A stretch of 64,000 nt of DNA from Proteromonas lacertae (taxonomy: Eukaryota), in NCBI GenBank assembly GCA_002245135.1, contig NGBS01000027.1, positions 1 through 64,000 of the forward strand, given 5' to 3'. This document shows, piece by piece, positions 1-12,696 of this stretch (positions are counted from its first letter, which is position 1; each line of letters opens with the position of its first letter). The translations under genes and the position numbers were made by a program. The notes beneath the pieces were generated by a model. That model saw only the letters and a list, made by a program, of their open reading frames with translations. It made no database searches and had not been told where the DNA came from.

Positions 1-206
1 TAAGATCAACCAGAGATGGCTATTATCATATATTACAGCGATTTGGAAATTTGTATACCCATTTCATCCAAAATTACTCTTTATAAACAATGAATTCATT
101 TTATCATAACTTATTGATGTTTTTACATAAAGATTAATTCAAAATGAAACAGATAGTTTGAGTTTTACATATCAGGTTATATGAAAGATGTGATATTTTA
201 ATGTTA

Positions 207-334
207 AAATCTGTGGCGCAATGGATAACGCATCGGTCTTTCTTAATTCTACAATCTATTAAATCATTATAAAGTGAATAAAAACAAAAACACATCTAAA
301 CCGAAGAATGGAGGTTCGAATCCTCCCAGGATCA
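207..334 (+). tRNA. trnR-UCU: tRNA-Arg(UCU) with a 55-nt intron (240-294) at non-canonical position 33/34 (or 34/35); acceptor stem mismatched at pairs 1:72 and 3:70
   Basis: D arm TGGCGCAATGGATAACGC (A20, Arg identity). Anticodon stem TCGGT(233-237)/ACCGA(300-304). T arm GGAGG-TTCGAAT-CCTCC. 3' acceptor strand CAGGATC-A followed by a T run. Joining 239 to 295 gives loop CT-TCT-AA. Confidence 0.8.
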
Positions 335-341
335 TTTTTTT
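335..341 (+). terminator. RNA polymerase III oligo-T terminator of the tRNA
   Basis: T7 run immediately after discriminator A334. Confidence 0.7.
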
Positions 342-471
342 ATTTTTTTATTTTATTTTTTCGTCATATATATATATATATGAAAATATGTTCATGATAT
401 TTTGATAGAAGAAATAAGATTTAGAAAAATTCTAATTTTTCATTTCAAATAGGTTTGATTCCCTTCAAGCT

Positions 472-1093
472 ATGAATTTAATATTTCAACTATCGTTTAA
501 ACCAAGAGGTATTTCTCCAGTTTTATTTCAAAATTCAAGTACTTTTTAATTTATTTTCTAATATAGTTTTTGAAATCCCTGTTAGATTTGCTCATCATCA
601 AACTGGTGGTAAAACAACAAATGGAAGAGATTCATGTGGTAAAAGATGGGTGTTAAAAAGTTTGGTGGGTATATTTGCATTATTATTATTGAATTAGTGA
701 ATTAGTAAAACCTGGTGCAATAATAATACGTCAAAGAGGTACTCATGTTCAGCCAGGTATGAATGTTGGTTTGGGAAGGGATTATACTATTTATTCGTTA
801 GTAGAAGGAATGGTAGATTTTAAATGGTTTTCAAAGAGACATCAAAACGTATATTTATAAAAGTATAATAATAGTTTGTGTCTGTAATACCTACACATCC
901 TATACCACCCAAACCAGTGAAAGAAAAGAAAGAAAAAACAAAAACAAATATTTCTGATAATAAAACTGTAATTAATGATAAAACCAAGTCTAAAAAGGTT
1001 GAAGTTAAATCAGCAAGGAAAGAAACAACAACAACACCAAAGAAGAACAAACCGCCAAAACAAACTGAATTTAAGCCAATAACAGCTAAATAA
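472..1093 (+). CDS. MRPL27: Mitochondrial/MRO ribosomal protein bL27m with Lys-rich C-terminal extension; 3 introns (539-566, 669-697, 849-874); 1-nt frameshift near 647
   Basis: Spliced translation [70 protein letters not shown] matches the bL27 signature; N-terminal targeting-like leader. Confidence 0.88.
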
Positions 1094-1222
1094 TAATAAT
1101 ATTTATTAAATCTTTTTGTTTTTTCTTCTTATTAATTCTTAAATCCTCATTTAAAACAACAAAAACATTATAATTATTTAAAGAAAGAATATAAAGAATA
1201 AAAAGTTAATCAATAATATTTT

Positions 1223-2680
1223 TTATTCCTCATCTGGTGTTATTCTTTTTAAGATCTAATGGTTCACCAGTAATACGATGATACATCTCTAATACACTAT
1301 CAGCAACAGTCTCAAAGTGACTTGTAGCATCATAAGAACTTGTTATATAACAATTATCAGCTGAACCATCACCAACTGGATCTAAATAGTCAGAAATATT
1401 ATCAAATCTTTCTAATATATCTCCTAATAAATCAATACCACATTGAACTTCCTTTTCTGGAGTTGCTTTCTACAGTTGTACTAACAATAGCAATGTAAAT
1501 ATTATTAGGTGCAACTTGATGGTCAAAGCTAACTAATGAGATATAAATATCATTCTTTCTTGCTGGATATCCTGCTTCAGATACTTGATTAGCTGGAATA
1601 ATGATTTGTGCAGATCCTGTAGCACCTTTAATTTGATGATTCATTATACATATACTTCTAATAACACTTCCATTCTTCTTGGTTTTAGATGGATCGAAAT
1701 AAGATGGATCTCCAATAATATATTTAGCACTTGCAGCTTTTCCTTCAGATACAATACCTACAGCTTTATCACCATCGAATATAATAGAATCTGGTTTAGT
1801 TTGTAACATAAATACTCCTCCATGAATAGCGCATAATCTTGAGAAACCTTCTGGTAAACCTCCTAAACCGTATACTGGATAAATGTAAGGTGAACTTCCA
1901 TATTTATCTAAGGAATAACCATATAATTTGAGTGCTTTTATGACGGGTGTTGCTTTTTCATTGACGTAATCGTCGTTTAATCGTAATGCCATAGCATGAC
2001 CTAAGAAATCTCGACACATATCATCTAATCCATATTCATCGTATATTTGCTTCATTGTTTTCTTATCACTTGGAACTTCAGCGCCTTCTGGTAAATCTTC
2101 ACCTGGGACTTGAGAATCAGCGATGAATGTTAAGAAATTTCGAAGTTTTCTCTTTTGGAAGAAACCAACTAAATCAGTTGATAAAGCTTCAGTTGCTGTT
2201 GATGGAACTTTGCTGATTGACTTCTTAGCACCTCTGTAGACAAAAGATCCTTCAATTACTTTGAAATCTAAGTAACGAGTCACTTTTGTGATGTATAACA
2301 TCTTGACTAATTTACCACAAGCCATTAAAAACTTTGGATTAAGTCAACATTATAATCTCTGTTACTTCCAAGTCTTTTAATATCAGCATCAGTTGGTTCA
2401 GCATTTCTGAACTTTCTATATAAACTCTAATTACATTATATATGTCAACTATACTGTTAAATTCAAAGAGGCGCTTTCTCCTCCATAATAGTCGTTTCTA
2501 TCGACAACTAATACCTAATTAAAATTATACAAAATAAAATACCTTCATTCCTTTCACAGATAACAAACCTGCAAGAATACATTCCTTTAAACCGGTACCT
2601 AAAAAGATAGCGTCGTACTTTCCATCAGCTAAAGCTGGATACTCAGTTCCAAGAATTGTAACTGGAGGGGCTTCTTCCAT
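1223..2680 (-). CDS. GDI1: Rab GDP-dissociation inhibitor; 2 introns near the 5' end; apparent small indels near 2338, 1465 and possibly 1245
   Basis: [35 protein letters not shown], [45 protein letters not shown]. Confidence 0.93.
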
Positions 2681-3485
2681 TTTTGATGGTTTTAAAAATT
2701 AAAGATCTTAATGTTCAGTAATGACAACACAATTGATAATTAAGGAATTAATGAATAACTATACATTCAAGAAATATTCTTTTAAATTTTTTGACGGAGT
2801 GATGATGAGGATTGATTATTAATAGCTATTATGCAAAATACATCATTTATCTTTAGGTATACATACATATTTCAGTGATTGGATGGGTTTTTATAATATT
2901 CATTTCATAAATACTGTTTAGTGAATTGATCATTAATTATTTAATACATAGTCATAGTCAAATAAGTTGTTTCAATCATGAAAATGCTTAGGAATTAGAT
3001 TTAGGGTTAATTAACTTGCAAATTATGATATTACTTACTACACTCTATTATATTTAAGTAAATACAATAATTTCTATTAAAAATAAGCCAAATAAACATA
3101 ACATCAAAAATGACAAATATTAGAATTTAGTAAATAATAAGTATAATTATTGTAAAAGCATTTATAAATATGAGTGGAACTATTAAAATACATAAAACAA
3201 TTAAATACCTCTTAACCATCGAACTGCTTGAAGGAAAGAAATGAATTGATTTTTGAAACTTTTAGGGGATTGAGATGAATCTATTTCATCAAGATTATCT
3301 AGCAAATAAAAGATAAAAAAAATAAAACATACGAGGTTTAAGAAATCTTTTCTCATGTAAAATGGCACAAGCATTGCAAAGAAGTATAAAATAGCCTAAA
3401 ATAGATGCTATTTGATTTAACATTAAGAAAAAATTAAATGAAGTATTTCAAACAAGTTTGACTTGCTTTTTAAATTTTCTTAAAA

Positions 3486-6400
3486 ATGAGATTGATAGAC
3501 TTGGTTTTATTACAATTGCTTGGTATACATCATTTCTATTTATGCTCTCTAGTTTGTGTATGCCTGTGTGACAGTTGTAGTAGTTTGGTTTACAATTTTA
3601 CTTCAACAGAGGTTTACTTTGATGGTTCATTTAAATGTTGCAGGTTGGTTAATGATTCTCCAAATGAATCTCAGTGTAAAGAAGCTGTAAAGTCTTTACC
3701 TTTATCAGATTCCTTTACTTACTTTGAAGTTGAGTGTTTTAAACCAAAATCTGATGAATTGGCATGTCACTCACCAAGATATTACATTCATCCTATTAAA
3801 GCAACAATTGCTATTCAAGCTGAATCTCCTTTTGTGAAATTAATCGATTCAACATGTTCTGATTGTAATGTGTCCTGTATAGCTTCATCAGTAGCCACCA
3901 GATTTATCACAATATCCTATCTCAGGTATAAAACCAGAAGCATTTGCTGAAAAACCATTGAATCCAGTGTTTTGTCTTGTTCAACAAGATTTACATTACG
4001 AAATTATATCTTCACAAGCAGGAGCATTAAACAATCAAAAAGCAGATAATGACAATGACAATGATAATAATGGTGATGATAAAAAAGATGGAGACAATAA
4101 TAATGATGGAGATGATGAAAAGAAAGCAGCAGCAAATAATGAACCTGTAGCAGCAATTGCAGCAACATTACCACCAACTACACTGCCTCCAATGACTGTA
4201 CAACCCACTGTATTTAATAATAATAATAATAATAACCAAGTAATGAATAATAATGGAATGATTAACAACAATGCAGTAAATCAGATGAATAACAACAACC
4301 AAGTGATGAATAATGGTATAAACAATAACAATATGAATAATGGAATGATTAATAACAATCAAGTGATGAATAATCAAGTAAATAATGGAGTTAATAATAA
4401 TGGATTGGTAAATAACCAAGTTATGAATAATGGTGTAGTTAACAATGGAATAAATAACAATAACCAAATGAATAACAACAATCAACTCAACAATGGAATG
4501 AATAACAACAATCAAATGGTCAACAATAATATGAATAATGGTGTAGTAAATAACAATGGAATAAACAATAATGCAGTTGTTAATAATAATCAAGTGATGA
4601 ATAATGGTATGGTTAATAATCAGATGAATAACGCTGTAAACAATAACAATAATGCTGTTAATAACCAAGTAAGCAATGGAATGAACAATAATGTAGTCAA
4701 TAACGCTGTTAATAATAATAATGTAGTTAATAATGCTGTTAACAATGGAGTTAATAATAATGTAATGAATAATCAAGTAAACAATGGAATGAACAATAAT
4801 GTAGTCAATAACGCTGTTAATAATAATGCTATCAATAATAACAATAACGTAGTTAACAACCAAGTTAATAATGGAATGAACAATAATCAAGTAAATAACC
4901 AAATGAATAATGGTGTAGTTAATAATGCAGTTGTCAATAACAATAATGGAGTTAACAACCAAGTTAATAATAATGCTGTAAATAACAATGCTGTAAATAA
5001 TAATAATGGAGTTAACAACCAAGTCAATAACAATGCTGTAAATAACAATGCTATAAATAATAATCAAGTAAACAACAACAATCAAGTAAACAATGCAGTC
5101 AATAATAATGCTGTAAATAATAATGCAGTCAATAATAATCAAGTAAACAATCAAGTAAACAATGCAGTTAATAATAATGCAGTAAATGGTGAAAGTGATA
5201 AAAGGCCAATAATCAAAGATGATGCAGATGGTGTTGATAATAACAATAACAATGTAAAGAGTAATGACACTAATAAAATGCCACCAATAATTCCACCTGA
5301 TGATGTAAACCAACCAAATAATGCCAATCAGAATCAAAACAAAGAACCACCTAATGAACCAGAAATTGCAAGTATTAGAGATAAAGGAAGAAGTGGTTCA
5401 TCTGGTACTGTTGTTATATCATCAAATGTAGCTGGAAAAGTATATTGTATTGCTTTTGCAGAAAATGAACAACAACCTGATGTTGATAAATTGAAATCGG
5501 AAGGTGTTTCTGCAGAACTTAAAGAGAATGATGTAAGTGATGTGAAAGTCACCGATTTAGAGTTGAATAAGAAATATAATGTATCTTGTTACTATGAAGC
5601 TGATAATGGTCAAACCAAACTGTTCGAACCTGTATTATGGACTATAGGTGAAAGTTATATATTATATCCTCCAACAGCAACATGGGAAGGTAATTATACA
5701 ATATTAGTAACCATTAAAGCAAGTCATGCTAGTACAATTCAATGTGTGTTAGCCAGTCATGAAATGGATGAAAATACCTATCCAATTCCAGAATTAGAAA
5801 ATAGTAAATTTAGTGGATCAATCACTGAGAATAATGGTACTGCAACATTGAAATTATCACTCTTGTCTGTCAAAGATTTTAGCTCAAGAAAAGTAATATG
5901 CCTAGGAACAAGAGAAGAAGATACGAAAATGAAAGTTTCCACTATATTTACAATGAATTCGCCAATAGTTACAATCGGAGAATTACCTAGTAAAGGTGAT
6001 ATGAATTTATTACAAGTAAATGTTCCATTAACTTGTACTTCTTCATCTAAAGGTATTTGTCAAGTAACTTTCCCACATCATACATTATCCATTGAAGAAT
6101 TATTAACATCAGGAAAACCCTTTGAATGTGAGAGTTCAACGAATATAAAGTTTGATGTAAAACCATGTAGAGAATATGTAGTTAATTGTATATCCTATGA
6201 TAAGAGTGAAATTCCTTATTCTGTGAATGAATCAAAACGATTTGGATTATGTGATGCAGTAGCTGATAATGAATCATCAGGAGTTACAGTGAGTGAGATA
6301 ATACTAGTATCATTTGTAGTTGGTTTAGTAGTAGTTGGAGGAATATTCGTTTATCGAAGATATATATCCCCAGAAACTGGTGGTTTATCGTATATATAAT

Positions 6401-6797
6401 ATTATATATATATATATGTATATCAATAGAAATGAAGAATCATATTATAATAGTCGATATGATAATAATGATAAATATAAAGGAAGTGAATTACCAGTAA
6501 GTTATAAAGAGCCAAAGAAGAAAGAAACTTCATCTGATATGAGAATATCACCTCAAGAGAAAGATTATATACAACCACAAGCAGTAGGTGGTCTTAGTAA
6601 AAAGAGTATAAGTGATAAACCTAAAAGAGTATATATATTTGTTATAATAATACTTTATAAAAATAGAGAAGAAGATTAGCAACAGATAGAAGTAAGAATT
6701 CTAATAATGCTGGTTCAAATAATAATTATTTTGCCGAATTGGGAATGGAAACACAGTATATTGTTTAGATATATTATATTATCTGTATAGAGTATAG
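3486..6797 (+). CDS. Putative type I surface protein: signal peptide, Cys-rich N-domain, about 320-aa Asn-rich region, Cys-containing beta-rich domains, TM helix, cytoplasmic tail; frameshift near 3893; 3' end approximate
   Basis: ORFs 3486-3950 and 3958-6399; hydrophobic N-terminus; TM IILVSFVVGLVVVGGIFVY followed by RR; GT-AG introns extend the tail to about 6800. Confidence 0.7.
4213..5187 (+). repeat. Low-complexity coding repeat of (N)n-QV/AV/GM/GV units
   Basis: AAT/AAC runs punctuated by CAAGTA, GCTGTT and GGAATG, giving NNQV, NNAV, NNGM, NNGV. Confidence 0.9.
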
Positions 6798-7240
6798 AGG
6801 ATTGTAATAATTTTGATAAATTGAATAAACTGAAATTATTTTTATATATAACTGTTTGATTTGTTCTATCATTAAATTTGAATAGTAATTATTATAAACT
6901 ACAAGGCATTTGTTTGAAATTTTCATTTTGTGGATTTTTTGGTTGAAATTTTACATACTTCTTTTTAAGATTGCAGGATTATTATTATTTTTTGCTACTT
7001 GTTGGTATGTTTGTTTTTATTTATAATAGGGTCGAATTTTATGAATCGTTTTTTATACAGAAATTGACATTTAAGAATTCACTCTTACGTAGTTATTTTA
7101 TGTAAGCAATGTTGAGATTATTCAGATTCATAAAACATTTGACAATCATAGTAACTTTCTTTTTGTTTAAAAAAAAATCCGTTTTATGTTTTAAAAATGA
7201 TAGAAATGCTTGGCTTGACAATCAAAATAGAAATAAAGAA

Positions 7241-8265
7241 ATGTCTATATTGAGTGACAGAAATCTTATATCATCAAATAGTGTTGATAATTCGCAAACT
7301 TATGTTAATAAAGGGTATATAAACGATTTGAATAATTTGTTTAGACTTTATGAAGTTGAAAGTTTTGATAAAGTAGCTGATTTAACATTTGTATGTAACA
7401 ATGATAAATTTAAAGCAATAAGTGCAATGTTAAACTGTTATATACCATATTGGAAACGAGATCATGGAAATAGTAGTAAAAAAGTGATTGAGATGAATGA
7501 TATAGATTCCAAAGTGTTAGAATTATTTTTAATTTACATTCATTTAGGATGTGTATATGAAATATGTTTTATTTGTTGTAGATAATCTTGAAACCTGATA
7601 CTGCTGCAAAGCTATTACTATTATCCCAAAGATTAAATGTAAATAATTTATCTCAGAGTTGTCGAGATTATTTTAATGAAATAGGAAGAATAAATATAGA
7701 TAATTATAACGATCTTGTAACAGGTGCAGGATGTAAGAATAGTAAACAATTACGTGAGACATTACAAAGTTGGACAAAACACAATTTTGATAAATTGTTC
7801 AATGAAAATAATGAATTAAAATTAACCAAAGAGTCATTACTATTTGCTTTAAGAGTTCAAAGACATTGTAAACACGAGAAAAGCTGTGCATATGGAGTAA
7901 ATTCATGGTTACACAATCAATTGAAAAGTGGTAAAATCAGTAAAGATCAAATCGAAAATGATGCTTGGGATTTATATAGACATATACAGTGGAGGATGTT
8001 AGATAATGAAATAGTTGATGAATTATTTAAAGAAGATGTATTAATAAGTGCAGATAAAGTGCAATTAATAAAAGAGTATATGTGTGATAGTGATCATAAT
8101 CAAAATAGTATATTTCACTATCATGGCACAATATTTTCTGAATTTTGTAAGAAAAGCAGTAGTACGACAACAACGACAACTACTACTACCATTTCTGCAT
8201 CATCTACTGCTAATATGACTACCATAACGACAATGACAAATACATCTTCTTCAACTACTCCTTAA
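7241..8265 (+). CDS. BTB/POZ-BACK domain protein with Thr/Ser-rich tail; 1 intron (about 7553-7581)
   Basis: ADLTFVC...FKAISAML...IEMNDIDSKVLELFLIYIH then LLLLSQRLNVNNLSQSCRDY, a BTB pattern followed by BACK-like helices. Confidence 0.75.
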
Positions 8266-8338
8266 ATATAAAATTCTATTATTAATTTATGTTTTTTCTC
8301 TCTATTTTCATGTTAATAATAAAAATGATTATAGGAGG

Positions 8339-10345
8339 TGTTATTGCATGTTACTAATAAATAGTGTTCATCCTATTATCTAAAAACAATAAAATTCAAA
8401 ATAGATTCAAGCTTGACAGTATCAAACTTACTTTTCATTTTTTCATATTTATTTTCTATTTAAGAGTGATTTTATATTTCCTATTATAACAACAGTTAAA
8501 AATTAATATAAAAAAATTAAATTTAATATCTTAAATAATAATATTATATGGAAATTTACTTAATTCATAAGAATTAATTACAATTATATCATACTCAACA
8601 GATTCCTATACATTTATCGATTCTCCTAATGAAACATGATCATTTTCATTATCATCAAAACATTTTGAACTTTGACGACCTAAACTATGAATTACTTTTG
8701 TATTATAACCATTACAATAAATACATTTATGATATACAAAATGAAATTTTACTATGCTCTTCTTTTCACAGTCATTACAATATATCTCATTCTTCATATG
8801 ATTAAATTCACCGGGCAATTCTTCTTCATTCTTTAAATATTCATCGATTGTTTTATAATATTCACTTGCATCATATATGGATTTACAACATAATGGACAA
8901 ACATAATTCGTTTTCATATATTCATCTAAACATTCTTTATGGATTATATGACCACACTTCAATTGAATTATTGTCTCACGACTTTCAAATACTTCATCAA
9001 AACATATTGGACATTTGGATTTACAGTTTGATTCAATACAACTATGACATTCTTTTAATACACAACCTTCACATCGATCACAATGAATATATTTACTCTT
9101 ATCTCCTAAACGACATAAACCACATTTATCACAATGATATATTAACTTTTTATTGTCATTTTCATATAATACACATTTTTCACAGTAATAATTTCCAAAT
9201 TTTATACCACATTTTTCACATTTATTACTTATTGCACTTTGAATTGTATTACAATATAAACATCTGATTTTACTTATATTATCACTTTTACCTGGATGGT
9301 TTACACTTCCATCATGACATCGACAGCATACATACCATCGATTACAACAACTGAAGTATAATACACAGTTACGTTGGTAATGTTCACAACCATATATTTT
9401 CTTATCTTTATTATTCCAATATTCGTCATTTTCATCATCATAATCTTCTAATTCTTTTGAATTACATCGATTAGACATGTTACTGATTTGACGGTATAAT
9501 TTCGTTAAATAATCATAAACTAGACGAAAGGTCAAGATTTTCTATTTAATATTACGATATATGTACCATACTTGATTTATCTTATTCTTTTCTTCATCAC
9601 TCAATTCACTTCGTTTTTCTAAGATTCGAATTGCTTTCTCAATTATCACTTGCTAAAATGCATTAATATTCAAATTTTATACCTCAACAGCTATTTTATC
9701 TTCACCACACATGTTAGGATGCTTGGAAATAAACACTTTGTATAATTTATTCAAATGTTGCTAAAGGACAACTATAAAACAATATAAGCATACAACTAAC
9801 TTATCAGAATCATGATAACACTCAGTTGGTATGTAAATATAGTATGAATTCATTCTTCTTTAAATTCTTTTTGATAAAAAAAAGAATATTCAGTTATTTT
9901 GAATGAATGACGAATCTGGTTTCACGACGATTCATTTTAACTCGTCATTCTAGAAGTATTATACATATATGACAAAACCAATATATCTGAGTGATGTGAT
10001 ACTTGTGACAAAATGAACTGACTACACAGGTGTAGAGTAAATTAAATTCTAGACTACAAATCTATCCCTATAATTAAAACTGTAATATTTTTACATGGCA
10101 TAAAGAGACCATTATATTGTGAAATAATATTGGAGTGATAAAGCACTTCTGATTTTGAAAATGTAGTAATTTTAAAACGTCAATACATCACATTCTTAAA
10201 CATAAACTGATTAATATAATATTCGTTCATCAAATGATTTCACATAACAACACTCTGAAATAGAAGACTATCTAATAGATATTACATTATCATGACGTTT
10301 GCCATTATATCGTGATTGCGATGATGAAATTATCTTAAGCTTATA
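8339..10345. repeat. Left arm of a 2007-bp inverted duplication
   Basis: Reverse complement of 10636-12642 (coordinates sum to 20981); the match breaks at 8338/12643 and 10346/10635. Confidence 0.95.
8606..9853 (-). CDS. RCHY1: RING finger and CHY zinc finger E3 ligase (Pirh2-like), copy A; 3 small 5' introns
   Basis: YGCEHYQRNC...CCRCHD (CHY), YHCDKCGLCRLG (CTCHY), CPICFDEVFES...CGHIIHKECL...CPLC (RING-H2), IYCNDC...YHKCIYCNGYNT (zinc ribbon). Confidence 0.92.
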
Positions 10346-10635
10346 CCATAATTCAAAATATTTACTAAATGAAACTGTTATTCTTCAATAATAAATTAGA
10401 ATAACCATTTCTTTTATCGACTATTTAATTATATTACATTTTCAATGGTACACTCTATCTGTTTATCACAAAAAATACACTCAAACATTTATCAAGCTTT
10501 ATGAGATATATCGAAAATGAGATGATACATATGATTTTTAACAGTATTTGTATGATTATGGTGGTTATAAAAGCAACTATTATTTGTGTTGAATGAATAT
10601 TAGTTAATTATCACAGTGAAATGTCTGAATGAAGA

Positions 10636-12642
10636 TATAAGCTTAAGATAATTTCATCATCGCAATCACGATATAATGGCAAACGTCATGATAATGTAAT
10701 ATCTATTAGATAGTCTTCTATTTCAGAGTGTTGTTATGTGAAATCATTTGATGAACGAATATTATATTAATCAGTTTATGTTTAAGAATGTGATGTATTG
10801 ACGTTTTAAAATTACTACATTTTCAAAATCAGAAGTGCTTTATCACTCCAATATTATTTCACAATATAATGGTCTCTTTATGCCATGTAAAAATATTACA
10901 GTTTTAATTATAGGGATAGATTTGTAGTCTAGAATTTAATTTACTCTACACCTGTGTAGTCAGTTCATTTTGTCACAAGTATCACATCACTCAGATATAT
11001 TGGTTTTGTCATATATGTATAATACTTCTAGAATGACGAGTTAAAATGAATCGTCGTGAAACCAGATTCGTCATTCATTCAAAATAACTGAATATTCTTT
11101 TTTTTATCAAAAAGAATTTAAAGAAGAATGAATTCATACTATATTTACATACCAACTGAGTGTTATCATGATTCTGATAAGTTAGTTGTATGCTTATATT
11201 GTTTTATAGTTGTCCTTTAGCAACATTTGAATAAATTATACAAAGTGTTTATTTCCAAGCATCCTAACATGTGTGGTGAAGATAAAATAGCTGTTGAGGT
11301 ATAAAATTTGAATATTAATGCATTTTAGCAAGTGATAATTGAGAAAGCAATTCGAATCTTAGAAAAACGAAGTGAATTGAGTGATGAAGAAAAGAATAAG
11401 ATAAATCAAGTATGGTACATATATCGTAATATTAAATAGAAAATCTTGACCTTTCGTCTAGTTTATGATTATTTAACGAAATTATACCGTCAAATCAGTA
11501 ACATGTCTAATCGATGTAATTCAAAAGAATTAGAAGATTATGATGATGAAAATGACGAATATTGGAATAATAAAGATAAGAAAATATATGGTTGTGAACA
11601 TTACCAACGTAACTGTGTATTATACTTCAGTTGTTGTAATCGATGGTATGTATGCTGTCGATGTCATGATGGAAGTGTAAACCATCCAGGTAAAAGTGAT
11701 AATATAAGTAAAATCAGATGTTTATATTGTAATACAATTCAAAGTGCAATAAGTAATAAATGTGAAAAATGTGGTATAAAATTTGGAAATTATTACTGTG
11801 AAAAATGTGTATTATATGAAAATGACAATAAAAAGTTAATATATCATTGTGATAAATGTGGTTTATGTCGTTTAGGAGATAAGAGTAAATATATTCATTG
11901 TGATCGATGTGAAGGTTGTGTATTAAAAGAATGTCATAGTTGTATTGAATCAAACTGTAAATCCAAATGTCCAATATGTTTTGATGAAGTATTTGAAAGT
12001 CGTGAGACAATAATTCAATTGAAGTGTGGTCATATAATCCATAAAGAATGTTTAGATGAATATATGAAAACGAATTATGTTTGTCCATTATGTTGTAAAT
12101 CCATATATGATGCAAGTGAATATTATAAAACAATCGATGAATATTTAAAGAATGAAGAAGAATTGCCCGGTGAATTTAATCATATGAAGAATGAGATATA
12201 TTGTAATGACTGTGAAAAGAAGAGCATAGTAAAATTTCATTTTGTATATCATAAATGTATTTATTGTAATGGTTATAATACAAAAGTAATTCATAGTTTA
12301 GGTCGTCAAAGTTCAAAATGTTTTGATGATAATGAAAATGATCATGTTTCATTAGGAGAATCGATAAATGTATAGGAATCTGTTGAGTATGATATAATTG
12401 TAATTAATTCTTATGAATTAAGTAAATTTCCATATAATATTATTATTTAAGATATTAAATTTAATTTTTTTATATTAATTTTTAACTGTTGTTATAATAG
12501 GAAATATAAAATCACTCTTAAATAGAAAATAAATATGAAAAAATGAAAAGTAAGTTTGATACTGTCAAGCTTGAATCTATTTTGAATTTTATTGTTTTTA
12601 GATAATAGGATGAACACTATTTATTAGTAACATGCAATAACA
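10636..12642. repeat. Right arm of the 2007-bp inverted duplication (290-bp spacer 10346-10635)
   Basis: Mirror of 8339-10345; identical ORF translations. Confidence 0.95.
11128..12375 (+). CDS. RCHY1: RING finger and CHY zinc finger E3 ligase (Pirh2-like), copy B
   Basis: Same as copy A; ATG at 11128 and three GT-AG introns join in frame to the 309-aa ORF. Confidence 0.92.
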
Positions 12643-12696
12643 TTCAAATAATCAATTGTACAACAAAAAGAAAGACATAATAAGAAATGCTCAGAA

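Noticed and set aside
1..200. 3' end of an upstream gene
   Set aside because: Short open stretches with no recognisable motif; cannot be supported.
207..334. tRNA-Glu(UUC) with a canonical intron
   Set aside because: It would need U37, and the D-loop and body are Arg-like; Arg(UCU) gives a canonical loop.
2780..3310. Possible snoRNA/snRNA (TGATGA box, ATTTTTG Sm-like sites)
   Set aside because: No convincing partner box or stem structure; such words are expected by chance in AT-rich DNA.
3912..3954. ATATCCT as a U12 donor that would repair the surface-protein frameshift
   Set aside because: No TTCTTTAAT branch motif, and the segment reads as plausible coding sequence in the downstream frame.
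4168..5337. 389-aa Ile-rich ORF on the minus strand, and similar antisense ORFs (8848-9267, 11714-12133, 50304-50744, 61453-61797)
   Set aside because: Shadow frames of low-complexity or biased coding sequence on the opposite strand.
8339..12642. Foldback/Mutator element with long TIRs
   Set aside because: No target-site duplication and no transposase; the arms consist of an ordinary host gene.
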